DNA of 58,190 nucleotides, the filler included, from Sluysia triapertura (lineage: Eukaryota): assembly GCA_046118255.1 (NCBI GenBank). It is 5 parts of 5 records of this genome, joined end to end, with 100 filler letters (N's around TTAATTAATTAA, not from the genome) between each part and the next. Parts side by side here need not be neighbours in the genome. Positions count along the whole stretch, not along the records: positions 34,576 to 45,879 come from JBJNIA010186179.1; positions 45,980 to 58,190 come from JBJNIA010128851.1; 3 more parts are not named here. One strand, 5' to 3'. Position 1 is the first letter of the stretch. Each line of letters starts with the position of its first letter. A model generated the notes under the pieces. The model did not search any database and was not told the origin of the DNA. It saw only the letters and a program-made list of their open reading frames with translations. Positions 41,663-53,949 of the stretch are shown here, piece after piece. A program made the position numbers and the translations under genes.

Positions 41663-43949
41663 TTAAATAACGTCCAGATACTTATCTTTATTAAAAATAG
41701 TCTAAATAAAATTAATTGTTATTTAATAATTTAAAAATAAATGTGATTTTGAAGTGAGTGATAAATTTGAATCTCTTTTATTTATAAATTTACTCAATCT
41801 TCATCACTATCAAACAGAAATTTTAGACTGACATTAATTTATAAGTTATACGAAATTGTAGTTTGACTTAAATCTTAAAAATGTATAAGATAGTTTTAGT
41901 ATTATTAATTTGAATAAAATTGTTGACAAATATATAAAAATTTACAGTCCAAGATAAGTTTTAAGGTTTATTGCTATTTTAAAATATAAAGAAATAAATC
42001 AAAGATCAATTCAAAGGATTAAAAATAAATTTCAAAGAAAAATGAAAATAACGTGTTTATTTTAATCACAAGTTCCATTTTTGGGTACAGTCAGGGAACA
42101 AAAATAACGCTAAAATTTTTAAATAAATCAATGAAACACAAAATGAGAGTTAGATCCGGATCACTAATGTATCTCCATTAGGATTAATAAAACAAAAAAA
42201 TTAATTGAAAACTTAATACTTCAATGAATAATTTGGTATTGTAAGATAAATAAAGAAAAATTTAATATGCAACAAATGTCGAAATTCTTACCTTATGCAA
42301 CAATATAAATGTACTATAGAGATAGACTTTTGGATGCAGACTATGGTTTATATTTAATAACATTTGCCTAAGCTGAATTTCGTTCATTATAATAGTATAT
42401 TATAATGCTCATTTTAACTTCAAATTTTCAAAATTTTTAATTTTTCAAATTTTTATTTTTAATTTAAAATTATTTATTTTATTTTCAAAATAAAATTAAA
42501 TTCATAATGCTCTTATATCACTTTAAAATAAGATTACATACAGTTAATATAAATTTAAAATTTAATAACAAATTACAATCAATTTTAAAATGAAATTATA
42601 TAAATAATCATTTTAAAATGAGTTTGTATAAAAACAATATAAAGTTAGAATTTATAAACATCAAATCAACAAATCATTTTCAATTAAGAAGTCAAATTTT
42701 AAGAACATAAAATCGTATTAGAATTATCTTAAAAACACGATTTAAAATACTATAATACGTAAGTTCATATTATACTAAATTGAGATCGAATAGAACTAGT
42801 ATGTAATTAAAAATTAGTAACATTATTCTCGATCAAAATTAACTTAAATTAAAGATTTGATAGAATAGACAAAAATTATATATAATCGAAATTTAAGAGC
42901 ATTATTATCGACAAAAATCATCTTAAATTTTAATCAAATAAAAACAATATAAAATCAATAACACAATTTAAAATGCAGGCAGAAAATAAACTAGTATATA
43001 AATTCTACTTAGCTAATTAACTAATATTACAAAGTTATTAATACTAATTTAATTCAGACTGTTGATTATTGATACTATCTATGTATTATACTATGATTAT
43101 ATATTACTATGTACAAAATTTTGTATAAAGTAATTTAGTATGTTATAAATAAAATTCCCAACTGTATAATCGCAAATTAATTTATTAATTGATAATAATA
43201 ATTGAATGTTATAATTTAACTGTGAAATAATGTAAAGAGAATTAAAAAAAGCAAAACAGACAATAGAGAATATTCTTCAACTATTTGTGATCAGATCAAG
43301 CAACTGTTTAATTGAAGAATTCGCACCAACACTTCAGACTTTCACTAAACCAATTGTCCCATATTGATTAATCAACAACCGTTCAATTAATTGATGGAAA
43401 GAAAGTTTAATGTACAGTTATCGTGTCAATATTCAAGACAGTTATCCTATATTGATTGTGGTTAAACATATTATTATTATTATTTTATAGCGAGTTCACT
43501 TTGTTTTGTGTCTGCATATAAAACAATAATATCGAAATTAAATTTGTTAATGTTATTGTTCTTTGCATTTGATAGAATTAGTAATATTATAAACTATTGT
43601 AAACGCATTAAAGTTAATCTATTAATAAAAATTTCGTATTGTAATTTAATTTTTAAAAGGAGTTAAGGTTGAAAGCAGAGTTTTCAAAGAAAATAAAATA
43701 ATTAAGATAATTTAAAGCATTACAAAAGACTCTTATAAAGAGTATTAAGGAGTTTAATGTTTAATAGAAGTTTGACAAAGGGAATCAGATAAGTTTAATT
43801 CCGTAAATTAAAGTAAAGTTTTTAACAATGCATTTACATTGGATACACATTTAAATATTAAATTTTGATTTAATATCTTAACAATTATTACAACAAAATT
43901 ATGAGTAAAACAATAAAAACATTTGTTACGCAAAATTTGATAAAGTTTT

Positions 43950-44814
43950 TTATTACATAAATTAAATTCTTTAATCTTGTTTGGATATGCCACAGGATCA
44001 ATCTTACATATTTTTCTAAATAAAATAAAATATATAAAATTATGGTCAAAAACATCAAAATAAAGAGATTTTTTACCTTTAACTTGGAATGATATAGCGA
44101 GTTGGAAGTATTGTGAATATGATAGGTATGGAATGCTTGATGATTGGGTTCTCTGTGTATGGTGAGTTCCTAAGACTTGACATTAAATTTTTGATGCGTT
44201 CATAATGATAATCAAGATTTGATACATTGAAATTAGGTAGTTGTAGATCGGACAGACCATGTGAATAAATATAATTCTTGCCAAATTTGACACACACCGC
44301 TTTCTGTTGTTTCATAATTACATAGCACTATCTTATGATATATTGAATACAATTTAAATTTACTGTTATTGACCTGGATACATTGGTGACGTTGATCAAA
44401 TCCTTCCCCTGTCTTGTAAAAATTCGTCATATGTTCACTCACCATCAAATCAAAAAGGTCCTCGAAATTGTACAATTCACTACCCCTAAAATTACGATGT
44501 CGCATTAAAGATATTTCGCATCGAGTGGATCATTAAGGTACGTAAACTTTTCACAACCCTAATTGCGTTTTCATCACACAATTTTACCACATATAATCAA
44601 TAGGTTTATAAATATTTCTACATTTAGAACACGTACAATAAGGAGACACTGATTGAGGATTAACAATACAAACGTCATCTTTCATACTAAAATGGGGTTG
44701 AGCATAATCAGAAACTTCTTGTACATTTACTTGTGGTTTATTCATTGAACAAACTTCACAATTTTGCATAAAGAAAGAATTTTTGTAAGTACATGCACGA
44801 CATATCCAGTTCAT
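43950..44814 (-). pseudogene. RanBP2-type zinc-finger gene, probably decayed
   Basis: MNWICRACTYKNSFFMQNCEVCSMNKP fits W-x-C-x2-C-x3-N-x6-C-x2-C. A second finger (CEKFTYLNDPLDAKYL*CD) has lost cysteines and contains a stop, and downstream frames shift. Confidence 0.6.
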
Positions 44815-45639
44815 TTTACGGAATCCAAACAAAACATTAATCTTTATAAGTCTCATAAAACATATTTAATATCAAAGCTTGCTTTTAATAATATATTTTA
44901 AATTCAGTGAATTACTAATAGTACAATAATTATTAACAGCTTTTAAATGTATTGATCAATAAGCCTAAAATATTTTGTCAAAAACAGTGACAAACAGGAA
45001 TGTAATTGGATGGCCATAGAAATTACTAATTTTTCATTATGGAACAGTCAGCAATGACAGTTAACAAGAAATGATGATCGAAATACTGTCATCACTGACA
45101 GCGTAAATAGCACAATTATAGAGGCAGTAACCGAAACATGCATGATAATGTAACTGATAATGATATAATAATAGTGCGAGTGATAATAATAATAAAATAA
45201 AATTAATAATAATAATAAACAATAAAACTAAAATAAAAAATAATAACTGCATAAATAATTCTCTCTTTATATCTTTAAAACACAATCTTTTAATAATAAT
45301 AATAATGACAAATAAAATGTGACATAAATAAAATATATAAAATTCTTCCTAATTTTAAACCTATTGCTTTTAGACATAAATCTTTATCTTAACTTATTTC
45401 TTTGAAAATTAAAATCTTTGACAACTTTTTGATAAAATATTTCTCATAAAATATTATTTCTTTTTCTTACAATTGTGTGAATATTTGAAATATCTTACAT
45501 ATCTTTTGACTATTGTACGATGTTGGAGTAACAAAACTTGAATTTGACGTTTCTTTTACAAAAATAGTTGTTGAATGAAGAATAAATGTACAAATGTAAA
45601 GAAAATTTATGAAAGGATAGTTAAAGAGAAACAATGTCG

Positions 45640-45811
45640 TTAAAGATGTTAAAAGAAATTCCATTTGATTTAATGCTATGAAGTAAATTTAAAATGTAAA
45701 TTTAATGTTTTTCGATGCTATTAATGATTTTAATGTTGAAGAATTGTGAACTTGAAATTTTTAGTTATATTTACATGTTTTAATACTTTTTGAAGTGAAG
45801 TTTGGAGGGCC
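45640..45811 (-). repeat. Dispersed repeat family B, diverged copy 3
   Basis: Its reverse complement contains AAATGGAATTTCTTTTAACATCTTTAAC and a similar upstream sequence. Confidence 0.55.
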
Positions 45812-45879
45812 TAACAATTTTTATTTTATTTTCTAATTTATTAAAAATTATTCCTAACAAAAAACAATTTATTAACTTA

Positions 45880-45979
45880 NNNNNNNNNNNNNNNNNNNNN
45901 NNNNNNNNNNNNNNNNNNNNNNNTTAATTAATTAANNNNNNNNNNNNNNNNNNNNNNNNNNNNNNNNNNNNNNNNNNNN
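45880..45979. other. Assembly spacer
   Basis: Same 100-nt spacer. Confidence 0.98.
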
Positions 45980-46079
45980 ATTATAATACCTTATCTTAGT
46001 TCTTTAATAACGCTCTACTTATCATATTATTCCAAGTTTTGACCCTTATATCAACCTTTATCCTTCACTAGTCCCAACA
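45980..46079 (-). mobile_element. Second copy of the same putative LTR end, truncated by a gap
   Basis: About 2 mismatches to 11291-11364 over 74 nt. Confidence 0.7.
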
Positions 46080-46227
46080 AATTAATGCTAATACTATTCT
46101 GCCATTTATTTTAATATTTACTATTGGACTTTTCGAGCCATTGTAGTTATTGTTTGCACATATCATATACATTACATGTGGTGGTGACGTTGAGGTAACA
46201 GTATATATTCCCTTTTTCTGACTTTCT

Positions 46228-48180
46228 TTAGTTTTCTATAATTTTCTGATTTTCAATAAATTTTTGACTTTCTATAATTTCTTCATTTCTATTGTTCTGT
46301 AATGATTGCAGTGTTGTATTTCCTCTGTGTGATGTCTTTCCTTTCTTAATGCATTTATATGAGCATTTGCGTGATGGTGTAAGAGATATTTCGCTAGAAA
46401 CGGAAAACATCCGTTTATTAGTTTTCATACAAATCCTGAAATTTTATAAATTCCAACTACTGAGAATGCTTGAGAAATTATCAATGCTATTGCCTTAATT
46501 ATTATATAAATTCATATTAGTCCTGAAAACACTTGTCCTAATAATAAAAATTCGTGTTTTTTTTGTGTATCTTGTGCGACTCTTTTAAAGTGATCAGGTC
46601 CCAAAAGTAATTCGAAGTTTACTTGTCCATTCTTTTCGACACTTGCCTTATCTACAATTTCTGTTAACATTTTTGATCTCTTTATTGGGAATAATATTTC
46701 CTGCCAAGCTGCTTGAATATCATCATTTGTGTAGATACCGGAATTAGGTATATTTTTTGTAGCTAAAAAAATTAAATTTTCTTTTTAGTTAAGTTAGTCA
46801 CATAATTTCTGAAGTTTTAACTTGACTCCTATATGGTAATAATATCCACAAATTGTCATCTATTCTATATTCCGGTGCCATGACATTAGACCAATGCATT
46901 AATTTTGGTTTCACCTTATTATTCGGAAAAATTACTTTTGTTACCATTCAAGGTATGTTTCTACTTTACTATACAATATAGGTAACTGGTTTATGCATTC
47001 AGTAGTTGACCTTTCTTGTACTTCTACTTTCTTACATTTATATATGCATAATACTTCTCCCAATAATCGACCAAATACTCCTTCCTCTAATGGTAATAAA
47101 GGTGCGACTAAATCCGGGTTGGTAATAGCTCGTAATAGTTTGTAATATTTACTTATTTAATTGAAAATCGCTTGTAACCATAATTTGATAAATCTTTTCT
47201 AATGATATTAAATTTAAATGATAGTAGAAATCGATTTCATTGTTAAAATAGATGTTTAATTTTACATTTTTCGCATCAGCACCTTTTTTAGCTTGTTGTA
47301 TTGTTTTTACCGATAAATAAATTCCTTGGTGATTTGTTTCAGTTATTTTCTTACAACTGAATTATTGTTCCTTTTAAAATAAAAGTCAAACAATCTTTTT
47401 CTCTGCTTGTCATTAATAATGTTGGCCTTTCCACTTCATCTAATCTTTTTCTTTGCACACGATCAATATTTTTGTTTATTTTCTCTTTTGGGTATTCATC
47501 TTTGTCTTGATATATAAACCCAGGTACTAAATTAAATTTTATTTGCTTTAGAAATATTAGGGGACATTGAAATTTGTCCAACTCGTAAATTAATGTTGAC
47601 TCTCCTGTGTCACAACTAGTCTGCTCACTTTTACAATATGATCATGACATAATTGTTCCTTTTTCCATGTAAAAACTTTCATTAAATGATTTTAAACTTA
47701 CTAAATATATATCTTGTGCCACAACATTGTGATAAATTTTTCCTTCATATTCTATTGTTCCTTCTTCACACGTTCCATTTATTAGTACATTACCTGCTGT
47801 TCTTATTTTGTAAATAATTTTCTCATTATTTCCTATTTTTAACTTATCACCTTTAGTTAAGCTTATGTTCCTGTTTCGAATGCATCCCTACATTGTCTAG
47901 GTAATATTTTAAATGGTTTAAGCACATCTGGTCACAATATTGTCTCATATTAAAGTTGTCACTAAATTACCCTCTTGGTAAACACTCATTACTTCAGTGT
48001 CATTTCTTTGTATTCGATTGGCCTTGACTCAGGACAATCTTCCATGTCCAGTAACGAGAATTTTCTACCTATCTGAAACTGACTACAATCAAATGTCTTT
48101 ATCACATTAGTCCTATTTATATCAAACACTGATAACAGTATTATGATAACAACATATTCGGCATTCAGTTTAACTCTTTC
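46228..48180 (-). pseudogene. Chuvirus-type viral envelope glycoprotein (env), disrupted
   Basis: Collinear motifs: signal-like VVIIILLSVF, KTFDCSQ..FSLLDMEDCP, AGNVLINGTCEEG..EGKIYHNVVAQ, CDTGESTLIY..CPL, TNPDLVAPLL..GVFGRLLGEVLCIYKCKKVEV..TTECINQLPI, MAPEYRIDDNLW, SGIYTNDDI....EILFP, then a hydrophobic transmembrane region and a tail. The order matches Chuviridae G as recalled. Confidence 0.8.
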
Positions 48181-49295
48181 CTAAAAGTATTTGATCTTAA
48201 CTTATTATAATTTCCGGTATAGTGCTCATGCCTTCCACATTTATGACAAACTATATTACCTTCTTTATTTGTTCGTGTTTTATAGTTACTTTCAATATAG
48301 TTTGGTCTTGCAGGACTCTTATTTCTTATAGAAAAGTTATTATTATTAAATTGATTGTTAGGCCATCTTGGTAATGGGCGCTGTTCATACTCTTGAGCCT
48401 ATATTATTCGGTTGTCTTTTCTCAAATCCTCTATTGTTTCTACCTACATTAGTATAATTTCTTCCTATATTATTTCTCTGTGTAAAACTATTCGAATTTC
48501 TTCTGTTATTTCCTCGAAAATTATTACTATTGCTACTATTATTATTAAAACTATTATCATCAAAAGAATTCTTTTACTTACGCTTAGGGAATTCACTGGA
48601 GTTATTTTCTATATTTTTATTGTTATCATCTATATAACTTAAATTATTTCTTCCTTCATTTCTGGTACGTTCAATACCACTTAATTTCTTAACTATACCT
48701 TTAAATGACAAATTATCAATTAAACTTACATAAATTAGTAATTCAGGGCGAAGCACATTTTTAAACTTATATATTAATGTTGCTTATCTTTTATTCTCTG
48801 AAATTTTGGCTCTGGTCGCTAAACTTTTAAGTGCACAGGCATATTCGTAAACTGTTTCATGAGCTTTCTGTATCTTTATATTAAGCATCTTTGCGTAATA
48901 TTTAGCTATATCTTCTAAGGCTATTTCTTCAGTAAAAGTATCGACAAATGTATTCCAATTTTCTTTATATTCTTCTCCTATTTCCTTATAAGTCTGTATT
49001 GCTACACCAGTCAAGTAATATTGAATCCTCTTAATTTTATCTAATTGTGTTCAACCATTAGCTTCAGTTATGCTATCAAATTCAAATAAAATGCCGTAAA
49101 GATCTTCCTCGACGCCATTAAACTTGCGCATTTCGGGAAATATTACCATTGGCTTAATGCTGTGAGTTAATTGAGACATATAGTCTCTAAATTCATCAAA
49201 TGGAACAGTAATTATAAATCTTTCTAATGAATTACTTCTTAAAGTTCTCTTAAGTTTCTTCTTAGTTTTATCTTTATTATTATTACTATCTATTC
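48165..49295 (-). pseudogene. Ty3/gypsy-like gag, disrupted
   Basis: KFNGVEEDL....EFDSITEANG*T..DKIKRIQYYLTGVA, Q..HETVYEYACALKSLA, FKNVLRPEL and a zinc knuckle CHKCGRHEHYTGNY (last Cys changed to Tyr); ends GAG TTA AAC TGA. Confidence 0.85.
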
Positions 49296-49658
49296 TTAAA
49301 ACTTAAATGTGAGTGCTTAACAATAAAATTCAATATAACGTAAATACTTAAAACAAAATCAATGTAACTTCAACTTAAATAACAAATAAACGTAACTTAA
49401 ATTAATACTTAACTTAAAAATTCAACAACTTAACAATAATCGTAATTAAACTTATCAATTAACAATGATACAATAATCAATCAAAAACTTTAATTAACTT
49501 AATAACGTAATTAACAACACTTAATACAACTTTAAAATAATCAAATAATCGAAGACTTAATAACAATTTAAATTAAATCGTAACTGGAAAACTTAATTCA
49601 ACCTAATAAATGCTAACTTATTAATACTTACTTAAAAACTTATAACATACTTTGGCCT

Positions 49659-49676
49659 GTCCCAATTCGGGTGCCA
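49659..49676 (-). promoter_or_regulatory. tRNA-Lys primer-binding site
   Basis: TGGCACCCGAATTGGGAC matches the tRNA-Lys(UUU) PBS TGGCGCCCGAACAGGGAC at 15/18; it lies 5 nt after a CA and upstream of gag. Confidence 0.8.
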
Positions 49677-51820
49677 GATTTTGCAGGTGCTTTATCGACA
49701 GAAACTTAAAACTTACACTTAAAAATGTCTGAGGGCCAGTTCGCCTAATATGCGCGGTTTATAATAATACTGGAGATGCGCTATTAGGATTTTTTGCAAG
49801 AAAAACTAAGGAGCTTAAGCAGATCTATACCATACTTCGTGAATAGTATTATGTACGAATTGTTAGGTTATTTATGTTCCACTAGCCTTTTGAAGATCTA
49901 GTTTACAACAAAGTTATTTTTGACGATAATAAAAAACTATCTTAACACTAACTTATATTCCGCAATGAAAACTACAAAAATAAGTCTTTATACAATTCAG
50001 AGTATAAAATTATAATAAGTATATAAATTTTAATTCTGTGTTCAAAATAATTGACGTTTAAGTATATTTTAGAACTAAGTTACACTGGCCGTATAAGATC
50101 CAATATTAAATTGTAAGGATTTTACGTAGGATTTTGTATTTCCCTTATAAGGTCAAATTGTTCCTTAAACAAAAAAGAACTTCGAAATGTTAATTTTAAT
50201 CTTCAAATTTAATCTTCTGCTAAGAAATTTCTAAGAGTTTTATTGTCTCTTGGTCTGAAAATTGTTAATTTTATATTAATTTTACTAATGCCATCTTACC
50301 TATTTACTGAATTACTTGATTCAAACAAATAATTAAATTGGTTAGATTAAACAAAGTAAATTTTTATTAAAATTGAATGTTAAAATTTATTATTAAAATT
50401 CATTTTATATTAAAATTTTAAATTAAAATTAATATTAAAATTTATTTCATTAAAATTTTATTTTATTTTTTTTTAATTTTCAAATTAAATGTAATGTATT
50501 TTTTAGTTTTCTTAATTTTATTTTACTATAATAAAAAGAATTATTTAATAAAATTACACATAAATCGATAAAATTACAAATATAAATCATAACACAAAAG
50601 TAATTCACCAAATTTTTTACATCTTGACACAAAAGAGAAATCGTTTAGTTTTCAGTTGACGAATGTATATAACACCGATTGTTGAATGTATATATTATTT
50701 TGAATCGAACTCTAATCACAATTTATTTTCTATTGTATTTTTTCTCTTGTTTTTATAATTGAGTTTCTATGCTTGCGTTTTGATTTTATATTTATTTTGA
50801 CACAAGGTAATTAAATAAATTTAAAACAAAAATTTAAGAAACTTATCAGAAAAATAGAAATTTTTTAAATTATATTATTTAACAAAAATGTTTAAATTAT
50901 TTTTTTAGAATAATCCGCAAATTAATTTAAAAAATCTATATTACAAAATAAATCGATATAAAATAAACACAAAAAACTAAATAATTAAAATACACATTTT
51001 ATAAAACTATTAATAATTATTGATATACACACAAAGTCAGATAGATAAAAATTGATATTATTGATGTCATTAAAATAGATATTTACAGTTATTATTGCTG
51101 TAGTTTTCTTATCTTAATCTACGATAAAATAAATTTTAGCAGGGCCAGGTGGGCTTACTTGTAATTATAGGTAAACAAATTTAACGTATAATTTAACTAT
51201 TAACTTCCTAATCTTTATCAAGCATAAATTCTTCCTCATGTTAATTAGTTAAATATCTTATGTTGAATTCTAGTATAAATTTCACCTATTCTATTACAAT
51301 ATTTTACTATTTTATTCATAAAACTGATAATCAATTACTTATATCTTAATTTACTGATGAAATTCTTTTATTATTTAAATCTATTGATTGATTTTCTCGA
51401 GTGATTGTTCGTCACATTTAATATACACATGTAAATCTTCATTAAGTTATTCGCAAAAATTAAAAAGCAGTTTACAAATGATAATTAATATTTTTAATAA
51501 ATGTAGTTTAAGAAATGGTTAAAGTAAATTAGTGACATACAAAATTTAGAGTAAAATTATACAATGTATAATAATGTAGATAAGTGTGAAGAAAAGAAAT
51601 TTAAAATTTTAAAATTAATATTTTAGAGCAATTTTAGCCTTCATTAAATTGGCACGAACGGAATTAAATAAATAAATATAAAACGTACTAAGTTAAAGTT
51701 ATACAAATATTTTGAAAAACAATATTGCGTCTTTTTACAATAAAATAGATCACAATTGCCTGGTGTGATAAAATGTGAATCGAGAATTATTGATTGCGAT
51801 TGAAAATGGTCTACATAAAT

Positions 51821-52254
51821 CAGGCATGGTCAACAGTTTTTGTCCTCGAGCCTGATTGGAAAAAAATATTTTTTACGGGCGGACAAATATTAAAATTAAA
51901 AAAATAGGTTTTAAGAGACTTTTATTATGAACATGTGTATAAATAATTGTAAGTAATCTAAACATCAAATTAGCATAATATCTAACGCCAAGTGTTATTA
52001 TTTTTTTAATATCTAGTTTTATACTTGTAGTGCCTATTCTTAACGCAGCTTCCAAATGAAAATCATTCAATCTTGATTGTGTTGTACTTTTATTTAGATT
52101 CATTAAAAAAGGCTTGTTCACAAATATATGTTGAACTAAAGATTACTAAATACTTTTCGGCAAGTTTTTTTAAATTTTCATATTTATCATTATTCCATTG
52201 CTTATAAAAATTATGTTGAAAATTTGCTCTTGGTCCGAATGTTGGCCATACCTG
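51821..52254 (-). mobile_element. hAT (Buster/SPIN-like) deletion derivative
   Basis: TIRs CAGGCATGGTCAAC / GTTGGCCATACCTG, imperfect 8-bp TSD ACATAAAT/ACGTATAT, and internal hAT dimerisation motifs YENLKKLAEKYLVIFSSTYICEQAF and KS..QSRLNDFHLEAALRIGTTSIKLDIKKI. Confidence 0.88.
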
Positions 52255-53195
52255 ACGTATATAGTAATTTCGACCAATAATTTTCAGTCGTTTTATTTTT
52301 AAAATTGAAAATTTTGTTACTTATTAAAATAAAGACTTATGTTAAAATTAAAAATAAATTTTTCAAAAAATAAAAAGAAATTTTAATTTTAATTATCTAT
52401 TTATTTTCATTTAATGTAAAATCCATTATCTATTTATTGTTTTATTAATATTGCCTCTTTATAGGTATTATTTGAAGTTCAAGCTATAATTCAAAAGTAT
52501 TATTTTAAAAATTATTTATTTTAAATATTACTAGCACTTTAATAAACGTTTATTTAACTGTTTATAATCAAATACAAAATAAATTATTAAATTCAAAACG
52601 AAACTTAAGAATTACAAAAGTTTATGTCAAATTCTTTTAAATAACATTTAATTACTTTGATTTTCAATGAACCCTAAGGATATGACTATAATCTTTGACT
52701 TATGAAGTATAGTAGGGTTGTTTGTAACTATGAGCCAATTAAAATATGTTAACTTAAACTGACACTCAACTTGCAATTCAAATACTTGAGATCGATGTTA
52801 AGTCGATTTCTATAGGAATTAATAGTTATAAATTAATGAATCCGATTCATTTACCAAAATAAAATTATTAACTACTAGATACAATAAGAAATTAAATATA
52901 TCAAACAAATATAAAGACTAATAAAACAAAGTAGTACCATCAGTTTAATTACTAAGATTTCCTTAATAAGAGCAATATATTTTATAATAATAATGACAAT
53001 AATAATAATAATAATAATAATGATTATTATTACTATAATTATAATTATAGTAAATATAGCGATAAAATCTAATGTAAAATAAGTACTCAAAAGCGCTTAA
53101 GATAAAATATTCATTATAATATTTCTGAAACAGAAAGCCCTTTGACGTTTTAAATATTTCATAATCTTTCTACCAGTGTTTTTCTTCTTATTTAA

Positions 53196-53900
53196 CGGGA
53201 ATTACAGGAGATGCAATTAATATAATTGGTGTAATGAAAGCTTTTTGTGAATTAGGACAAAAGAAGTTAGAAATTAAATTACGAGTTATGAAAAAATGTT
53301 CTGAAGAAATGATAATGGGGATGGACATATTATCACAGTTAAAAAGAATCACATTAGATTTTGATCAAGTAAGATTGATGGATAGTCGATCAAAAAGAGT
53401 TATTGGCGATGATGATGTATACATAGACGAACCACTTTGGTTATTAAAAAGAAATGAATATATAGTGCCATAAAACAAACAGTTTATTAACTGGGTGTAT
53501 TATGTTTATTGCGTCAGAATCTAATCAAGGAAAGTTTGATATAAGAATAGCAAGTGCGGTGTGTAATAATTGCGAAGGAAAATACCAGTCCGTATTATAA
53601 ATTATACGAATGACAACAAATAGCTTTACACTGGTAGGAAAAATTGTCAAGTACACAATACCTGCACATATTAATGGATGATAAAAATAAGTTCGAAAAT
53701 AAGATCAAAAATAATATAAAATTGCAACGTGAAATACAAGACGAAGACTCTGGCGAAATAGAAATCACTGATAAAAATTTAACAAAGAAACAAATACACC
53801 AGTTATATGACGTTATTTATCGTTAGCAAAAAATAAATATGATATTGAAGACTCAGTAATAACTAAACATGAAATATCACTAATAAGAGACAAAGTAATT
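53196..53900 (+). mobile_element. Ty3/gypsy pol remnant (protease C-terminal half and pre-RT spacer)
   Basis: GITGDAINIIG..MIMGMDILSQ (ILGMDFL motif), IPVRIINYTND, NLTKKQIHQLYDVI..TKHEISL; RT itself is missing. Confidence 0.75.
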
Positions 53901-53949
53901 TTAATAACTAATTTTAGTAGCAAGATATGTACCTTTACAGTTAACAAAA

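Larger units (their letters stand above)
46100..50200 (-). mobile_element. LTR retroelement with LTR-PBS-gag-env and no pol; outer boundaries approximate
   Basis: PBS, gag and glycoprotein lie in order on one strand; a matching 3' LTR is not visible before the gap. Confidence 0.75.

Noticed and set aside
45980-46079. 3' LTR of the gag-env element
   Set aside because: No polypurine tract precedes it and no match is visible upstream of the PBS.
46292-46498. Plus-strand CxxC...HxxxH ORF as a C2H2 zinc finger
   Set aside because: It is antisense to the env tail and most likely a chance pattern.
48100-48165. Retroviral protease after gag
   Set aside because: There is no D-T/S-G motif; the segment reads in frame into the glycoprotein as a signal-like peptide.
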